From: Octopus vulgaris
Taxonomy: Eukaryota
Direction of reading: 5' to 3'
Length of the DNA: 64,000 nt
NCBI GenBank assembly: GCA_951406725.2
Contig: OX597821.1
Span: 75,764,001 to 75,828,000 of the forward strand
The notes below the pieces were generated by a model. That model did no database searches. It saw nothing but the letters and a program-made list of their open reading frames with translations, and was not told the origin of the DNA. Below, one piece after another: positions 38,700-51,904 of this stretch; the first letter of the stretch is position 1, and each line of letters opens with the position of its first letter. Both the position numbers and the translations under genes were made by a program.

Positions 38700-40540
38700 T
38701 GCGCAGTGTCCATTAAGGTTATTTTTTAAAAATTCCTTTCAAGCATGGTTTTCCTGGTATCATATGTATGAACTTCACAGTTCCCTTTATCTTAACTTCG
38801 AGTGCTCCTATGATAAACGGATATCCTTGTCATTTTCGTCTGTCACATTTTGGCAATCTCCCTACTTAGTTCTTTCTATTTCTATTTTATTGTATTCTTT
38901 GCGACATTATTGTCCATAGTGACAGCCATAACAGTTAGGAGACAAGTTTCATCCATGCTTTCCTTTTTTTTTTTACTGTTATATCCGTGTGATTTACATT
39001 ACTTGTCCTATGATTATGAATTGTAAAATCGCAGAGGCAGGTCATATGGCTATATACGGTTTTCAGAAAATCTTGCTCGCTGTTTGAATCGACTATATTA
39101 TCAATATAAGTTTGTGTGTTTATATTGTCTTTATTCATATTTTATATCCTAATTTGACATTATTGGGCTCAATAGATAAAAGAACGAAGCATAAACAGAA
39201 GAGAAGGGTAAGGAAATACCCTTGAAAAACACCACGGTTAATCTTTTTGCTCTTTGATTCGCTTATCGCATAAACATGTTGTTCCATCGAGTTATGTTGT
39301 GTTCCAGAAATTTTGTGTGAGTCTATATATGTCTAAAACATTGAAAATACCACAGTGAGATACATAATCGAAATCTTTTTGGTAGTCTATCCCCGCAGTG
39401 CTTAGTTTACGTATTCTGTCATGACAGTTTTCAAGTTACCTTTTGTGGATGAAAAACTGATGTTTGCAACCGTTTAAGTCTCTTTTCTAATCCTTCTGTT
39501 CAAGAAAAATATAATTGTTTTCTAGAAATGTATATGCTTGTTCTGATATAATGGGCTTAAACAATTTATATGAAGGGAACAGACAAGTGATAAGCCTCGT
39601 TCGATTTCGGAAGAAGGAAACTTATACCTTACAATAACCATAAAAGTATTTCAGAACGATGTTTCATAAAATACGGAAAAAACTTTGCTAGTGGTTTATG
39701 TAATGCTGGAATATTAGATAGCTAAAAGTTTAGAATCTCATCTATTCCTGGGAATTTCCTCTTTTGATCTTTTTGTTAAGAATTAATCTAATGCCTTCCA
39801 CGCTGATGTCTTTCCATATCAGCTCAAGTATGTTTTCCAGTTCTTTCCACTCTCGCGCCATCCATTTCGCTGTCTTATTATGATCCTTTAAATCACTCCA
39901 TATTTTTCTACGAAATTTGTGAACTTCATCAATCGAGAGAAGAATTTTAACCTCCATCTTTGTTTTTCCTGTGTCCCTATACAACTTCTCATCAGTTTAG
40001 AATATTTTCTACATTTTCTGTTGAATTTTGGACGTTTTTCAAATCTACATATTCTTTGTGCTTTTTATTGCACTTCTTACCTCACTGTTTCCTTAGCACA
40101 AAATATTTCATCATTTTTTCGACATTCATATATTTGCTTTATCATTCCCGCTTTTTGGCGTTAATATTGACACCACTTGTTAATTCCTACAAGATAGGGA
40201 GCTCTTCTCTGGTGCATCGTGATAGGTTTGTTTTCCTTAATCTTGATTCCTATTCCTTTATATGTTACAGATGCTGTGGAATAGATAGCCTGATTATGTC
40301 ATTATTGATTTTGTTTAGTACTAAATTCAAGTACTAAACTTGGTATAAGTGGTAATTTTTTATTCTTCTGTAAGCTTTGAATTTTCATGAGTTTCTTTCT
40401 GCTTTGTATATCTGAATGCTTGAATATTGCTTGGCTCTCAGATATATACATCTCAGGTGTCGTCGTTTTCAACTATTCTTATCTAAGGATTCGTCCTGTA
40501 TTCTTTAGGTCTTTCAATGATATGCTGGTATCATTAGCTG
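38700..40540 (-). pseudogene. Heavily decayed Dong/R4-like LINE
   Basis: KFRRKIWSDLKDHNKTAKW..ISVEGIRLIL and CDFTIHNHRTSNVNHTDITVKKK resemble Dong pre-RT and endonuclease (DFTI.TDRT..N.PDI) segments. Confidence 0.6.
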
Positions 40541-40744
40541 TGTTTTCTCGGCATCACAACCATATGTGCGTGACATGGTGATCTCATATCAAGATAAACA
40601 GCGCATGACCTTGCAGGTGGGGTCCAGTTAGAATTTTCTTCTGGTCGAGTAGCTCATCCCGCTCAAAGGGTCCATGGATAAGGATTGTTTAAGGATGTTG
40701 AACGAACCACCCACGTTTCCAAAGGGGAATTATCCAAACTTCCA

Positions 40745-40862
40745 AGAATTTGGGTGCTCTATTTCAATTTCCTTTATATTTCCCTTAGTGCCTTCTGATA
40801 CTGTTTTCAAGGACCCAACAATAATTGGCGCTATCTTCCCCTTCAATTTACATAGCCGGACT
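40745..40862 (-). pseudogene. Dong/R4-like C-terminal fragment starting at (TAA)n
   Basis: RLCKLKGKIAPIIVGSLKTVSEG matches the RLW....IPIVVGALG motif of the other copies. Confidence 0.7.
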
Positions 40863-40863
40863 C

Positions 40864-40864
<1 letters not shown>

Positions 40865-40939
<75 letters not shown>

Positions 40940-41000
40940 CATTGATGGTGATGATGACAATAATAATAATGATAATAAAAATAAAATAATGATAATAATA

Positions 41001-41032
<32 letters not shown>
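40865..41032. repeat. (ATT)n / (AAT)n microsatellite
   Basis: Seen directly. Confidence 0.97.
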
Positions 41033-41033
<1 letters not shown>

Positions 41034-42283
41034 TGGAAAAAGAAGGGGTTTGATATCTTACTGACGATAGGGATCTTTCTTGAGAAATATAAAAAGAAAT
41101 TAGAACAAGATTTCTTTGAGACGTATTGATTGTTAATTATATACGACAAAAGAATTGGATGTAATTTTGAACACCATTTAAGTAGACTAATGACATTTCT
41201 TCAACGGTTGAGCACCTGAGCCTATCCGTAGACAGTATAGAATGTTCAAAGAATAGAAATCAATGAGAAATCCCTATTTTGAGCAAATTCGGAAGATTAT
41301 TAAAATAACAATAAAAATATGAATGAAGAAAATATAAAATAAATACAAAGGAATCGGAGAAAGCCTGTAATTCTAAGTTGCTTAATGTCAATAAAAGACG
41401 CAGCCAAACCCATTTCAAGACTGCAAGTCCTAATCATTTGCTTCTGTTCGGCCAATGTTCTTTTAGTTAGTATTTCCACATCTTTGACCATACGCCTGGA
41501 AACACTGAAATGCAACCAGTTCCCCCATATTCTTTCTATCAACACTCATTAGATTCTCATGACTCCTTCTTCTTCTTCTTCTTTCTTCTTCTCCTCCTCC
41601 ACCTCCTCCTCCTTCTTCTTCACTTCCTCCTCCTCTCTCTCTCTATCTATCTATCTCTTTCTCTCTTATTTCTTTTATCCTATTCTGTTAATACACATGG
41701 TCACTGAATGCGCCGTTTTAATTGTTGTCTCAATTTTTATGGCTTTCTTTTCACGATGCCGTCCCAATAAGCTGTTTTGCCGCTCCGTTTCGACTCTTCG
41801 GTAATTTCCTTTACTGACGCTTCATTGCCTTCTCAGCATCTTGCAACTTTCTTACTCTCTAATCACTTCATACCATGGCTGCTTATTTCTTAGACCCTGT
41901 TTCTCTTGATTTCGTTATTCGTAACTTTGTCTCATTCTATCTCCGCCCCTTTCTTATTCTTTATTCCCATTCTTTTATTTGTTTCCTTTCACGGTTTTTT
42001 ATTGCAATACGGTCATATCTCTATCTGTTCTTTCTTAATTCTTCTTCAATTTAGATTCCCTTTCAATCCTCTTCTTGCTCTATTAATCTTTCAGATATTC
42101 TCTCTGACCTATCACAATACACCGTGCAAACACACTGGCTATTAATACCATAATGCAAGCATACTGTCACACCAACAACTTTTACAGGCTTATATACCCA
42201 CGCACATCAAATCTTTCTATTTCCTGTACTTTTCTGCGGACAGTCCCCTTTAACGCCTACATTAATTTTATATATATGTGTGT

Positions 42284-42346
<63 letters not shown>

Positions 42347-42914
42347 GGCGTGCGTATTGGTTCTCATCTTTGTTTATAATTTCTTTATTAGGCCACTATC
42401 TGCCGTTTTGTTTCGTTGCAATGACTATTTTTATTCTACTCATTAAAAAGTATTCTCTGTTCATTTTTGTCAACGTGATAGTCTAGCCTGTCTTTGATGG
42501 CATTTCACTTCATTTCTTCAATTTTATATCTTTCTATTTCTTCCCTTTTTACCTTTCGTTGCATAATGTCCGTCGCCAGTTTTACAGCATATTAGTAATT
42601 ATTTTCGCTCTACTTTTCTCTCCAGACACTCCATTGTTCGTCTTAATAGCCCTCGATTGCAAGAACTGGTCAGAAACTTTAGTTTGTGTTACATATCCTT
42701 CCATGACTCTTCCACATGTATCCATTGTTATGAACAATTCTTTCTTGGATTCCTACTTAATATTTATCTAAAGATACATGAAACGAACTACTAGTGACCT
42801 TGAATTTAAAATAACAATTAACTGTATGACCACAGTACAACATCATTAAACTAATGAAAAATAATTTAAATTTTGCGTTTCGTCCCACAATTGCCAACCG
42901 TGTATATATCTAAT

Positions 42915-43410
42915 ATATATACACCATATTTCTGTTGAGATGTTCTGTGTTTCTTTCAATTAATTTTAAATGTAACAAAGAATTTTGTAAAATAACTTAG
43001 TTATTAAGCAAGTGTTAGGAACATAAAGTGTGACTGAGGTTTAGTGGAAGATTTTAATTCAGAATGTTTGAACACAAGACATTTGTACTCAAAACCAGAG
43101 GTAGTTTTAGCCAGGTTGGTATCAAAAGGCTTAATGTAGCACCAGCAGTGTCTTTTAATGTGGCACTAGCTCGAGTACTTTTAACTATTTTGTCGCCATA
43201 TTTTTGTTGAGAAGTTCTGTGATTCCTTCAATTAATTTTAAACATAACAAAGAATTTAGTAAAATAACTTGGCTATCATTAAGCAAGTGTTAGGAACATA
43301 AATTGTGACTAAAGTTTAACAGAAGACTTTAATTCAGACCTTTCGAAAACAAGATATTTGTATTACAGAGCCAGAGGTGGTTTCAGCCGGGCTGGTAATG
43401 AAAGCGTTAA
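42915..43410. mobile_element. Two tandem copies of a ~220-bp TTAA-flanked (piggyBac-type) MITE
   Basis: Direct repeats at ~42915-43134 and 43181-43410, ending GGT..C/GAAA(A)G(G/C)(C/G)TTAA; the second copy is bounded by TTAA on both sides. Confidence 0.7.
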
Positions 43411-43580
43411 AAACAGGAAAACAGGAATGCTTACTTAGTATTTATCGTTTAGATCCGTAGTTCTCACACAGTTTTTACAGATGGTCAACTATGATTCCTT
43501 TTTTTACGGATGGTCAAATATGATTCCTCTGTTAAAAAATCTCATCCTATTTTTATAGTTGAATATTATTAAAATATATA

Positions 43581-43811
43581 TATTTCTTTATTGCTCACAG
43601 GGGACTAAACATAGAGGGGACAAACAAGGATAGACAAAGGGATTAATCGATTACATTAACACCAGTGCGTAACTGGTACTTATTTAATCGACCTCCGAAA
43701 GGATGAAAGTCAAAGTCGACCTCGGCGGAATTTGAACTCAGAACGTAGCGGCAGACGAAATACCGCTAAGCATTTTGCCCGGCGTGCTAACGATTCTGCC
43801 AGCTCGCCGCC
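43581..43811 (-). mobile_element. SINE family A, full length, tail-1
   Basis: Complete head, core and tail-1, ending GAAATA in (TA)n. Confidence 0.93.
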
Positions 43812-43844
43812 TATGGCCGCCTTAATATTATTAGGAACATTATT

Positions 43845-44241
43845 AAGGCGGCGAGCTGGCAGTAACGTTAGTACGACGGGCGAAATGCTTAGCGGCATTT
43901 TGTCTGCCCCTACGTTCTGAGTTCAAATTCCGCGGATGTCGACTTTGCCTTTCATCCTTTCGGGGTCGATAAATTAAGTACCAGTTACGCACTGGGGTCG
44001 ATGCAATCGACTTAATCCGTCAGTCTGTCCTTGTTTGTCCCCTCTGTGTGTAGCCCCTTGTGGATAGTAAAGAAATAGATATTTCGTCTGTCTTTACATT
44101 CTGAGTTCGAATTCAGCCGACTTTGCCTTTCATCCTTTCGAGGTCGATACATTAAGTACCTGTTTGAGTACTGGAGTCGATCTAATCTGCTGGCCCCTTC
44201 CCCAAATTTCATGTCTTGTGCCTATAATGGAAACGATTATT
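43845..44241 (+). mobile_element. SINE family A dimer (tail-1 then tail-2)
   Basis: Tail-1 ends AGAAATA at 44077 and is followed by GATATTTCGTC; tail-2 ends aaacgattatt. Confidence 0.93.
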
Positions 44242-44628
44242 TGGAATAATATAAAAGAGCATGTTAAAATATTTAGTCAATTTTTAGAAATATAACCGAT
44301 TTATTGAACATAAATTTTAACAGAATAATCTTATGTGGACGTCTATGGGCCATATGGACCTCAGTTGCGAATCACTACTTTAGATGCTAATACCGCAAGT
44401 GTAGAGTATTTATTCGTTTGGTTTACAGGAGAATGATGTTCCTCTCATACTTGACAGCTTAGCCAATTAACGCCGATCGTCCGTTTTAAACTGATCCTTA
44501 AGGGTATGAAACAAATACTTGATACAAATTGTGATTTGTATACGATCTATGTCAAAGAATGAAGCATGTTCTTAACGTGTATGCAGTCTGTAACAAACGG
44601 ATTTCAATGGATTTTTTTTCCGTTGTTA

Positions 44629-45019
44629 TTAGGTTTGTCAAGAAAGATCTTGCGGAATTTAAAATTTTGGTTTTAAATGATATATTTTCAAAGTAATTTT
44701 CCTTAAATTACTTTGACTTTATATATCATTTTAATGCTCGTTTTTCGCGCTACCGACTACCACTTTTCAAGCATCTCGACAACTTCCTGCGTGAGAAATG
44801 CTTCAAACACCAAGACGATGCCATACACGCCTTCAACGACTTTATGATCACCAGAACGCAGGATTTCTACGCTACTGGCATAAATAAACTTGTTTTGTGT
44901 TGCCAAAAGTGTGTTGATTCTGATGGTGTTTATTTCGATTAATAAAGTTTTGTTTGAGCAGAGATATGTGCATCTGAATTTAAAGGTTAAAAATTGCAAG
45001 AACTTTCTTGACAACCGAA
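44629..45019 (+). mobile_element. Mariner deletion derivative with both TIRs and TA TSD
   Basis: TA|TTAGGTTTGTCAAGAAAGATCTTGC … GCAAGAACTTTCTTGACAACCGAA|TA; C-terminal remnant FKHLDNFLREK…FYATGINKLV…DSDGVYFD*. Confidence 0.88.
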
Positions 45020-45337
45020 TATTTTAAACAAAATAATAGTATCTGTGAATTTTCAGGCAATTTCATTCAATAGAAAAATTTCAGCACGAATACGTTAGTG
45101 TTGCACAGCATATTTTAAAGATACTGTTTGCAGGTTTTAAGTTACTGATTGTCGAGTACAAATGATTGTCTCATGCTTACAGCAGTGACGAAAAATTACT
45201 TTCAATTTATAACTAAAACTCTTTTGTTGTCAGGAACGGAGAATGGATCTGAACAAAGAATTGAATATTTACTCACAGTCACATGGCATATACCCCCGTA
45301 ATGTATCAAAACAGCCCCAAGGCAGACCGACATATAT

Positions 45338-45545
45338 TCTTTTATTCTTTTACTTGTTCCAGTCATTTGACTGCGGCCATGCTGGAGCACCGCCTTTAGT
45401 CGAACAAATGGACCCCGAGACTTATTCTTTGTAAGTCTAGTACTTATTCTATCGGTCAGTTGTACCGAACCGCTAGATTACGGGGACGTAAATACACCAG
45501 CATTGGCTGTCAAGCGATGGTGGGGGAACAAACTCACACACACTG

Positions 45546-45581
<36 letters not shown>

Positions 45582-45727
45582 TTTCAGTTTCTGCCTACCA
45601 AATCCTCTCACAAGGATTTGGTCGGCCCGAGGTTATAGAAGAAAACACTTGCTCAATGTGCCAGGCAGTAGAACTGAAACAGGAACTATGTGGTTGGGAA
45701 GCAAGCTCTTACCACACAGCCACGCCT
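45338..45727 (-). mobile_element. SINE family B, full length
   Basis: Head ggcgtggctgtgtggtaagagcttgcttcccaaccac, internal (TG)n and tail. Confidence 0.9.
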
Positions 45728-45814
45728 TCTCTCTGCGTGTGCCTTATATATTGAGAAAGAGAGGGAATGAAAGAGTGAGAGAAAGGAAGAGATTGCGAGA
45801 GATTTGGGGTAAAT

Positions 45815-46338
45815 TGCATAAATACCGCTAAGCAGTTCACCCGGCTTGCTAAAGATTCTGTCAGATCACTGCCTTCACATTCTTCACAATAATACTTTCA
45901 TTTATATGCACCAGACCCTAAATTTGGGGGAGAGGGTCAGTCGATTATATTGACCCCAGTGTTTCACTGGTGCTTAATTCATCGACCCCGAAGGATGAAA
46001 GGCAAAGTTGAACCAGGCGGAATTTGAACTCAAAACATAAAAACAGACGAAATACTGCTAAGCATTTTGTCTATCGTGCTAATGATTCTAGCTGCTCACC
46101 GCCTTCACAAACTTCATGATATTTTTTTATACTCTAGGCACAAGGAGCGAAATTTTTAAGGAGGAGGCCAGTTGATTACATCGATTCCAGTACGCAACAG
46201 GTACTTAATATATTGACCCCGAAATGATGAAAGGCAAAGCCAACTTCGGGGGAATTTTAACTCAAAACGTTAAGACAGACGAAATACCGCTAAGCATTTC
46301 GCCCGGCGTGCTGACGATTCTACCAGCCCACCGCCTTC
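45815..46338 (-). mobile_element. Tandem SINE family A tail-2 copies (two full plus one head fragment)
   Basis: Heads at ~45875, ~46105 and ~46337; two cores. Confidence 0.9.
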
Positions 46339-46759
46339 ATATTCTTCATAATAATACTAAAGATATGATGAAGATTCTACAGAAGCAATTCTGTGGCACT
46401 AATGTAGTTGACTTAGATATATACTAAAATATATACCATTTAACAGCTTTAACAGCCATATTCTCTTCCTTCGTGCAAGCTCCTCGTAGCTAGAAGTATC
46501 ATCAGAGAGATAGGAGTAACTGTGGACGAAACCAAAGTTGGAGTACACTCAACAAAATAATCTCGTTATGGTCCACAGAATTTTCTCATGGGTCCTTCGA
46601 GCTTTTTCGGTCCAGTGATCCTGCTACCGTCAGTGTTCTCTTCTATGTAGTTTCTAGGTCTCATCTTAAATATTGTGACAGAGTATTGTCTCCGTTCACA
46701 AAATAAATCATTAGGTTAACTGAAGCACCCCACAAAACGATCACGACGGAACAGACTTT

Positions 46760-47135
46760 ATTTATTACTCTTTTACTTGTTTCAGTCATTTGACTGTGGC
46801 TATGCTGGAGCAATTCGATCCCAGGACTTTGTAAGCCTAGTGCTTATTCTATCTTTTGCCGAACCGCTAAGTTACGGGGACGTAAACTCACCAGCATCGG
46901 TTGTCAAGCGATATTGGGGGGACAAACACAGACACACAAACATACACACACACATATATATACATATATACGACGGGGTTCTTTCAGTTTCCGTCTACCA
47001 AATCCACTCACAAGGCCTTGGTCGGACCGAGGCTTTAGTAGAAGATAATTACCCAAGATGCCACGCAGTGGGACTGAGCCCGGAACCATGTGGTTCGTAA
47101 GCAAGCTATTTACCACACAGCCACTCCTACGCCTA
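46760..47135 (-). mobile_element. SINE family B, full length
   Basis: ggcgtaggagtggctgtgtggtaaatagcttgc head, GGCATCTTGGGTAA CORE-like motif and tail. Confidence 0.92.
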
Positions 47136-48882
47136 CTTGTTATATTATTATTATATTATTATTGATATCGTTTCAAAAGTTTACACTTTATCTCCTATGC
47201 AGCCATGAGCATTGTCCAAAGTGTAAGCCACTCAAAGCTTGACCACAGAACCATGCACGCCTTACAAAATTGAGCTCATAACATCATAACACCCTTGCGT
47301 CAACTTTCTTACCTGAATTGGTTCTGACTTATTTTTGCCAACCACAACTTTCCTCTTGTGATGTACTGAAACATGGCTTCAAAGGCTGCTACTCAAGGTA
47401 ATGATATATAGAGAGACATGACCAGTGCCAATTATGGCCAAAAGTTCAGTAAAACCATAAAAAATAAAATTGTAGAAATTCATTACGATTATCATAAGAA
47501 TGTTTCTCATTAATGCACTTGTATTTTTTATGTGCACCAAATTTAGTGCAACACAGGATGGAGCGATGCATGGCATGTTTAAATATGCAATATCTTGTTC
47601 ATATAATCGTGCTTGATATATGTGTGTGAATGTATGTGTTTGTATTAGTGAGTGTGATTGCGCATGTGTGTATGTGTTTGCATGTGTGTATGTGTGAGAA
47701 TGTGTGTATATATATATATGTGCATGTGAGTGTGTGTTTGTGATAGTGTATGTGTGTTAGTGTGTGTGAGTGTACGTGTGTGTGAGTATGTGTGTTTATA
47801 TGTATGTGTATATGTATGTGCATGTGTGTGTATGCCACCTCGATTATAACATAGAATGCAAACGGAGCAGAGCACAAAAAACCAAATTGTTGCTGATCAT
47901 GTATGTTATTTTCTGCGAGAATAAATGATATTCTAGATTAAAGCAGACATCTCTTTCAAAAAACCTTTAATGCTGCATTGATAAGCTTCTACAAATACCT
48001 TCACTTAAAAATAAACAATAGTTATATAGAATTTTTGTCCTTTATCGCACAAATATGTTTTAAATTATTTCATAAAGGGCCAGGGTGTCAAAGGCATATA
48101 TATATTTGCAACACGATGTGTTATTCGTGTATTTAGATTAGATACTTACTCTCGCTTTCTCTTTTTTTCCTCTTTCCTTTTGTACATCCATCCATCAATG
48201 TGTATGTGTGTATGTGTGTGTAATATTATTCTGCGATGTTGAACTGAGATTTTATCGTAGGCAGATTTTTCACTTGACATTATTTATGAAATTTCTGGGA
48301 AAGACATGAAAACATAAACAAACATTAGATAAAGGGGAATATGAAGATCCACCGCTGATAATAGATTTGGCGATAAAACGAATGAATATTACTATATGAG
48401 GAACAAAAATGTTATTTACCAAATAATTTTAATAATAATGATATGAAAAAATACATCGAATTAATGAAATATAAAAATGATTGTAAATAATAGATTGAAT
48501 ATAAGCAAAAGCTTTTAGAATCCTAAACAAGGATAGATGAAAGTTTTTAAAGAAAAGGTTGTGATTTCTGTTCATATTTTCAGGTTTCCTGGATAGAGAT
48601 CCAACGAAAAGTGTGAACCATTTCAAAGAGTTCGAAAATGTAAAAGCTTAAAATGACCATACTTAACGAGGACAATGGCAGTAAATATGGACGAGGCTCA
48701 GGATTATCTATACCAATGTAAGCTACGTGTTTTAAGGGATTACATTCTTCCATTTGGGTAAAAGTTCAAATTATGCCATTGTACCTCATTTCTCCGCTGA
48801 CCCTTCTTATCGGAAATGTTGCCAACATTAGCACATTCATTTTCTTTTTTCTCATGAACCGACGCATATATATATGTATATA

Positions 48883-49233
48883 TCTATATATATAAAACTG
48901 AGAATGTGTGTCTGTCTGTCTGTGTGTTTCCCTACAACTTGAGAACTACACAACCAATTTCATTCAAATTTTAAACATGCTTTACTTAGGGTTCGGGGAG
49001 TGTCATCGGCAAATCTTTTTTAACTTTTTGCCGAGGGCGAGCCCAGAGCAATATCATATCTTCTCCACTCTGATTCCCTAAAACTTGAGAACTACACAAC
49101 CAATTTCTTTCAAATTTTACACATGCCTTACTTAGGATCCATGTAGTGTCATGGGCAAAAAGAAATGTTTAACTTCTTGCCTAGAGCGAGCCCACAGCAA
49201 TATCATATCTAATCCACTATTTCAGTATTACGT
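48883..49233 (+). mobile_element. Non-autonomous Helitron-like 5' end with a 146-bp internal duplication
   Basis: A|TCTATATATATAAAA start followed by (TCTG)n; direct repeats at 48928 and 49074. Confidence 0.6.
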
Positions 49234-51194
49234 GTATGTATATATATATATTTTACAAAATATAAAGTAATATCTTGAGATCGTTAGTGACAACAACGCT
49301 CAAAATATATAACAGACTGGAATAGTAGTGCTCAAATGAGCTGTATACACATTTTAATCCGAGGGGAGGCAATGCGAGCAGCAACTACAAGAGCACTACA
49401 AAATCCACAGAAAGATCAAACACATACATATATTCATATATTCATTTATATCTACAGAACAGACATAAAGCCCGACGTTTGGAAATATATAGTAATATAT
49501 AAATATATAAACATCATATAAAAATATATTGTACGCATAAGATACTCTCGACGTTCTATAAGGAATTTAGAAATACAAATTGCAATAAAAGTTAGAGGTA
49601 ATAATAACAATTGAATTAAATATAGTAAATATAGTAAGTAGTAATTAAATATATTTTATTTTATTAAAATGGTAATTAAATCGTAATATAACAATTAAAA
49701 GAAAAAATAGCAATTAGTATAAAATGTATCAAGGACTTGACCTCGAATATGTGGTTTTGCATGAATATGAGAAATTAAAAGATGAAAAATTTAATTGAGT
49801 GCAGAAGTGAATTAGTCCAGATGGAGCTGTGCACATACCGTTTACTATAGCTGATAGATTGAATTATATGCTTATAAAGTAGCATTCAGTATCTATGAGA
49901 ATTTTTGTGAGTACGAAATGTCTGGTCTGTCGCATGTAGCAGGTATATAATTGTGCATTTGTTTCCGTGTACTATGTGTTGTGTGTAAAAATCATCCTAA
50001 CGAGGGGAGTGTCAATTTCAAATATATATGTTTCATATTAGTTGGTGCATCTCAGAAACTTTTATGAACTTTTATGTATTTTTGTAAATTTGTATATTTA
50101 TCTTTTATGTATTTTTCTCTGGAATTTTAATTCGTCTTTTTAATATGTTAATGTGTTTTATTACCCCAAATTTTTAATTTAATAAATTTATACCAAACTA
50201 GCACTATGAACCGACATTGAGGTGACTGTACGCAGCTACCGACCAACAGTCGACGCAATGGCATTACTGTCACTATTACAAACGGGTTGGGTTGGGTTGG
50301 GTTGGGAAGGGAAGAATTTCCATTATATAGAGAGAACCATAGCGCGAAGGCAGCATAAAAAAATAACCCTTCCTCAATTTTTGGCAGGTTTACCTACTCT
50401 GTATTGCGAGCAGTGCAACAAGATGCGTCTTCGTCAAAGCAATTGCTCCCCCAAAGCAAATTAAATAAAATCTGAGATACGTGGAACGTCAAAACTGCTA
50501 ACAAAAACAGGACAGTGAAAACATTCGGTAAGGGCTTTTTAACCCTAACGGGGTGAAGTGGTGAACGCTGGAGAAAAAAAGATTTGTCGAGAGACAGACA
50601 AGAATGCGTGTTATAGTTATAAACTGAACGAGAAGAAAAAGAATTACAGTTAGAAATAGAGATCTATGACTATTGAAGACGGAATTTCAGTTAGAAATAG
50701 AGAACTATAAATATTGTATTATGCATAAAGTGGTGGCTTACATCCGGGGCTTCCAATTTCTCTGTAAAATATAAGATAGTCGCAAAAGCATCGCACATGT
50801 TACCATCGATTACAAACACCGGTGGAAGATAAAAGTTTCAGAGGACATTCTTGTTCTTTCGTTTATACAAGGATCGTATTATGTTTCGGCTTAAAATAAA
50901 TTATAGATACAAATATAATGTATAGAAATATATAAAAACCAGAATAGAAAATAAACGTCTTGGGCATATAAAATGAGATAATATGAGATATCAAGGTGTT
51001 ATAAACTTGAAATCTACTAGAATATCATAGATTATATATATCAAGTCATCCAATCAGTTCTGTCCAATTTTACCTTTTTTTACTTAGATTTGAATGAAAT
51101 TTCATAGTATTTTCAAATGTCTAATTCGATTAAAAATTATTTTTATGCATTTGTGTACGTTTAAACTAATTCAATATTGTTTTACAAAATAATA

Positions 51195-51900
51195 GACGGT
51201 GTCCACAAAGTCTGCGTACATGGGGATTAACACGTACTTTTAAAACAAAACAATTTTATTTAATTATAATGTTAAATAATATTTTCAAAGTGATTTCCAT
51301 CATTTTCAATGCATAACTTGATGCGCCTTGCAAAATTCAGGTGAACTTGATTAAATAAGTCTACATTGCCATCAATTTCAGCACACTGACTGGTAATGCG
51401 TTCTCTCATGTGCTTTAAATCTGTAATCTTTATTGTAATATTTCTATTTCAACATACCCCAGAAAAAGAAATCAAGGGGAGAAAGGTCTGGCGAAAGAGA
51501 GGAGCTTTCCATATGAGCCTTCCTTCCAATCCAGTGAGGAAAAGTGTCATTAAGCCAATCTCTAACAGTTGTGGCAAAATGGGCAGGGGCCCCATCCTGC
51601 TGAAACCAATTCAGAAGGCCCTCGCCTAGGCGCTCAATTTGAGATATCAATTTGTCTCTCAATATGTTTACATAAGTCTCATCCGTTACATGTTCAATGA
51701 AGAAGGGTCCTAGAACATGAGCTTTCCACAAACCACACCACACCATCACCTTTTTGCTGCCTTGCTGTTTGGGTGGATCCATCCAATGTGGATTACCTCG
51801 AGACCAGTATAGACGATTCTGTCTGTTGACCTCACCATTTACATAAAACGTAGCTTTGTCACTGAACAACAAAGTTTTTCGTAAAATTGATATTTTCATC
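51195..51900 (-). pseudogene. Tc1/mariner-superfamily transposase relic, rosa/DD41D-like
   Basis: FSDKATF…KVMVWCG…WFQQDGAPAH…SPDLSPLDFFFWG, with 40 residues counted between the 2nd and 3rd D; TIR-like GGTGTCCACAAAGTC at ~51198. Confidence 0.9.
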
Positions 51901-51904
51901 CAAT

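Noticed and set aside
41300-41545. Possible host exon (RMVKDVEILTKRTLAEQKQMIRTCSLEM) after TTTCAG
   Set aside because: Weak donor and polypyrimidine tract, no recognisable domain; needs RNA-seq.
43740-43930. tRNA genes suggested by A/B boxes
   Set aside because: These are SINE heads continuing into SINE core and tail; no complete cloverleaf or terminator.
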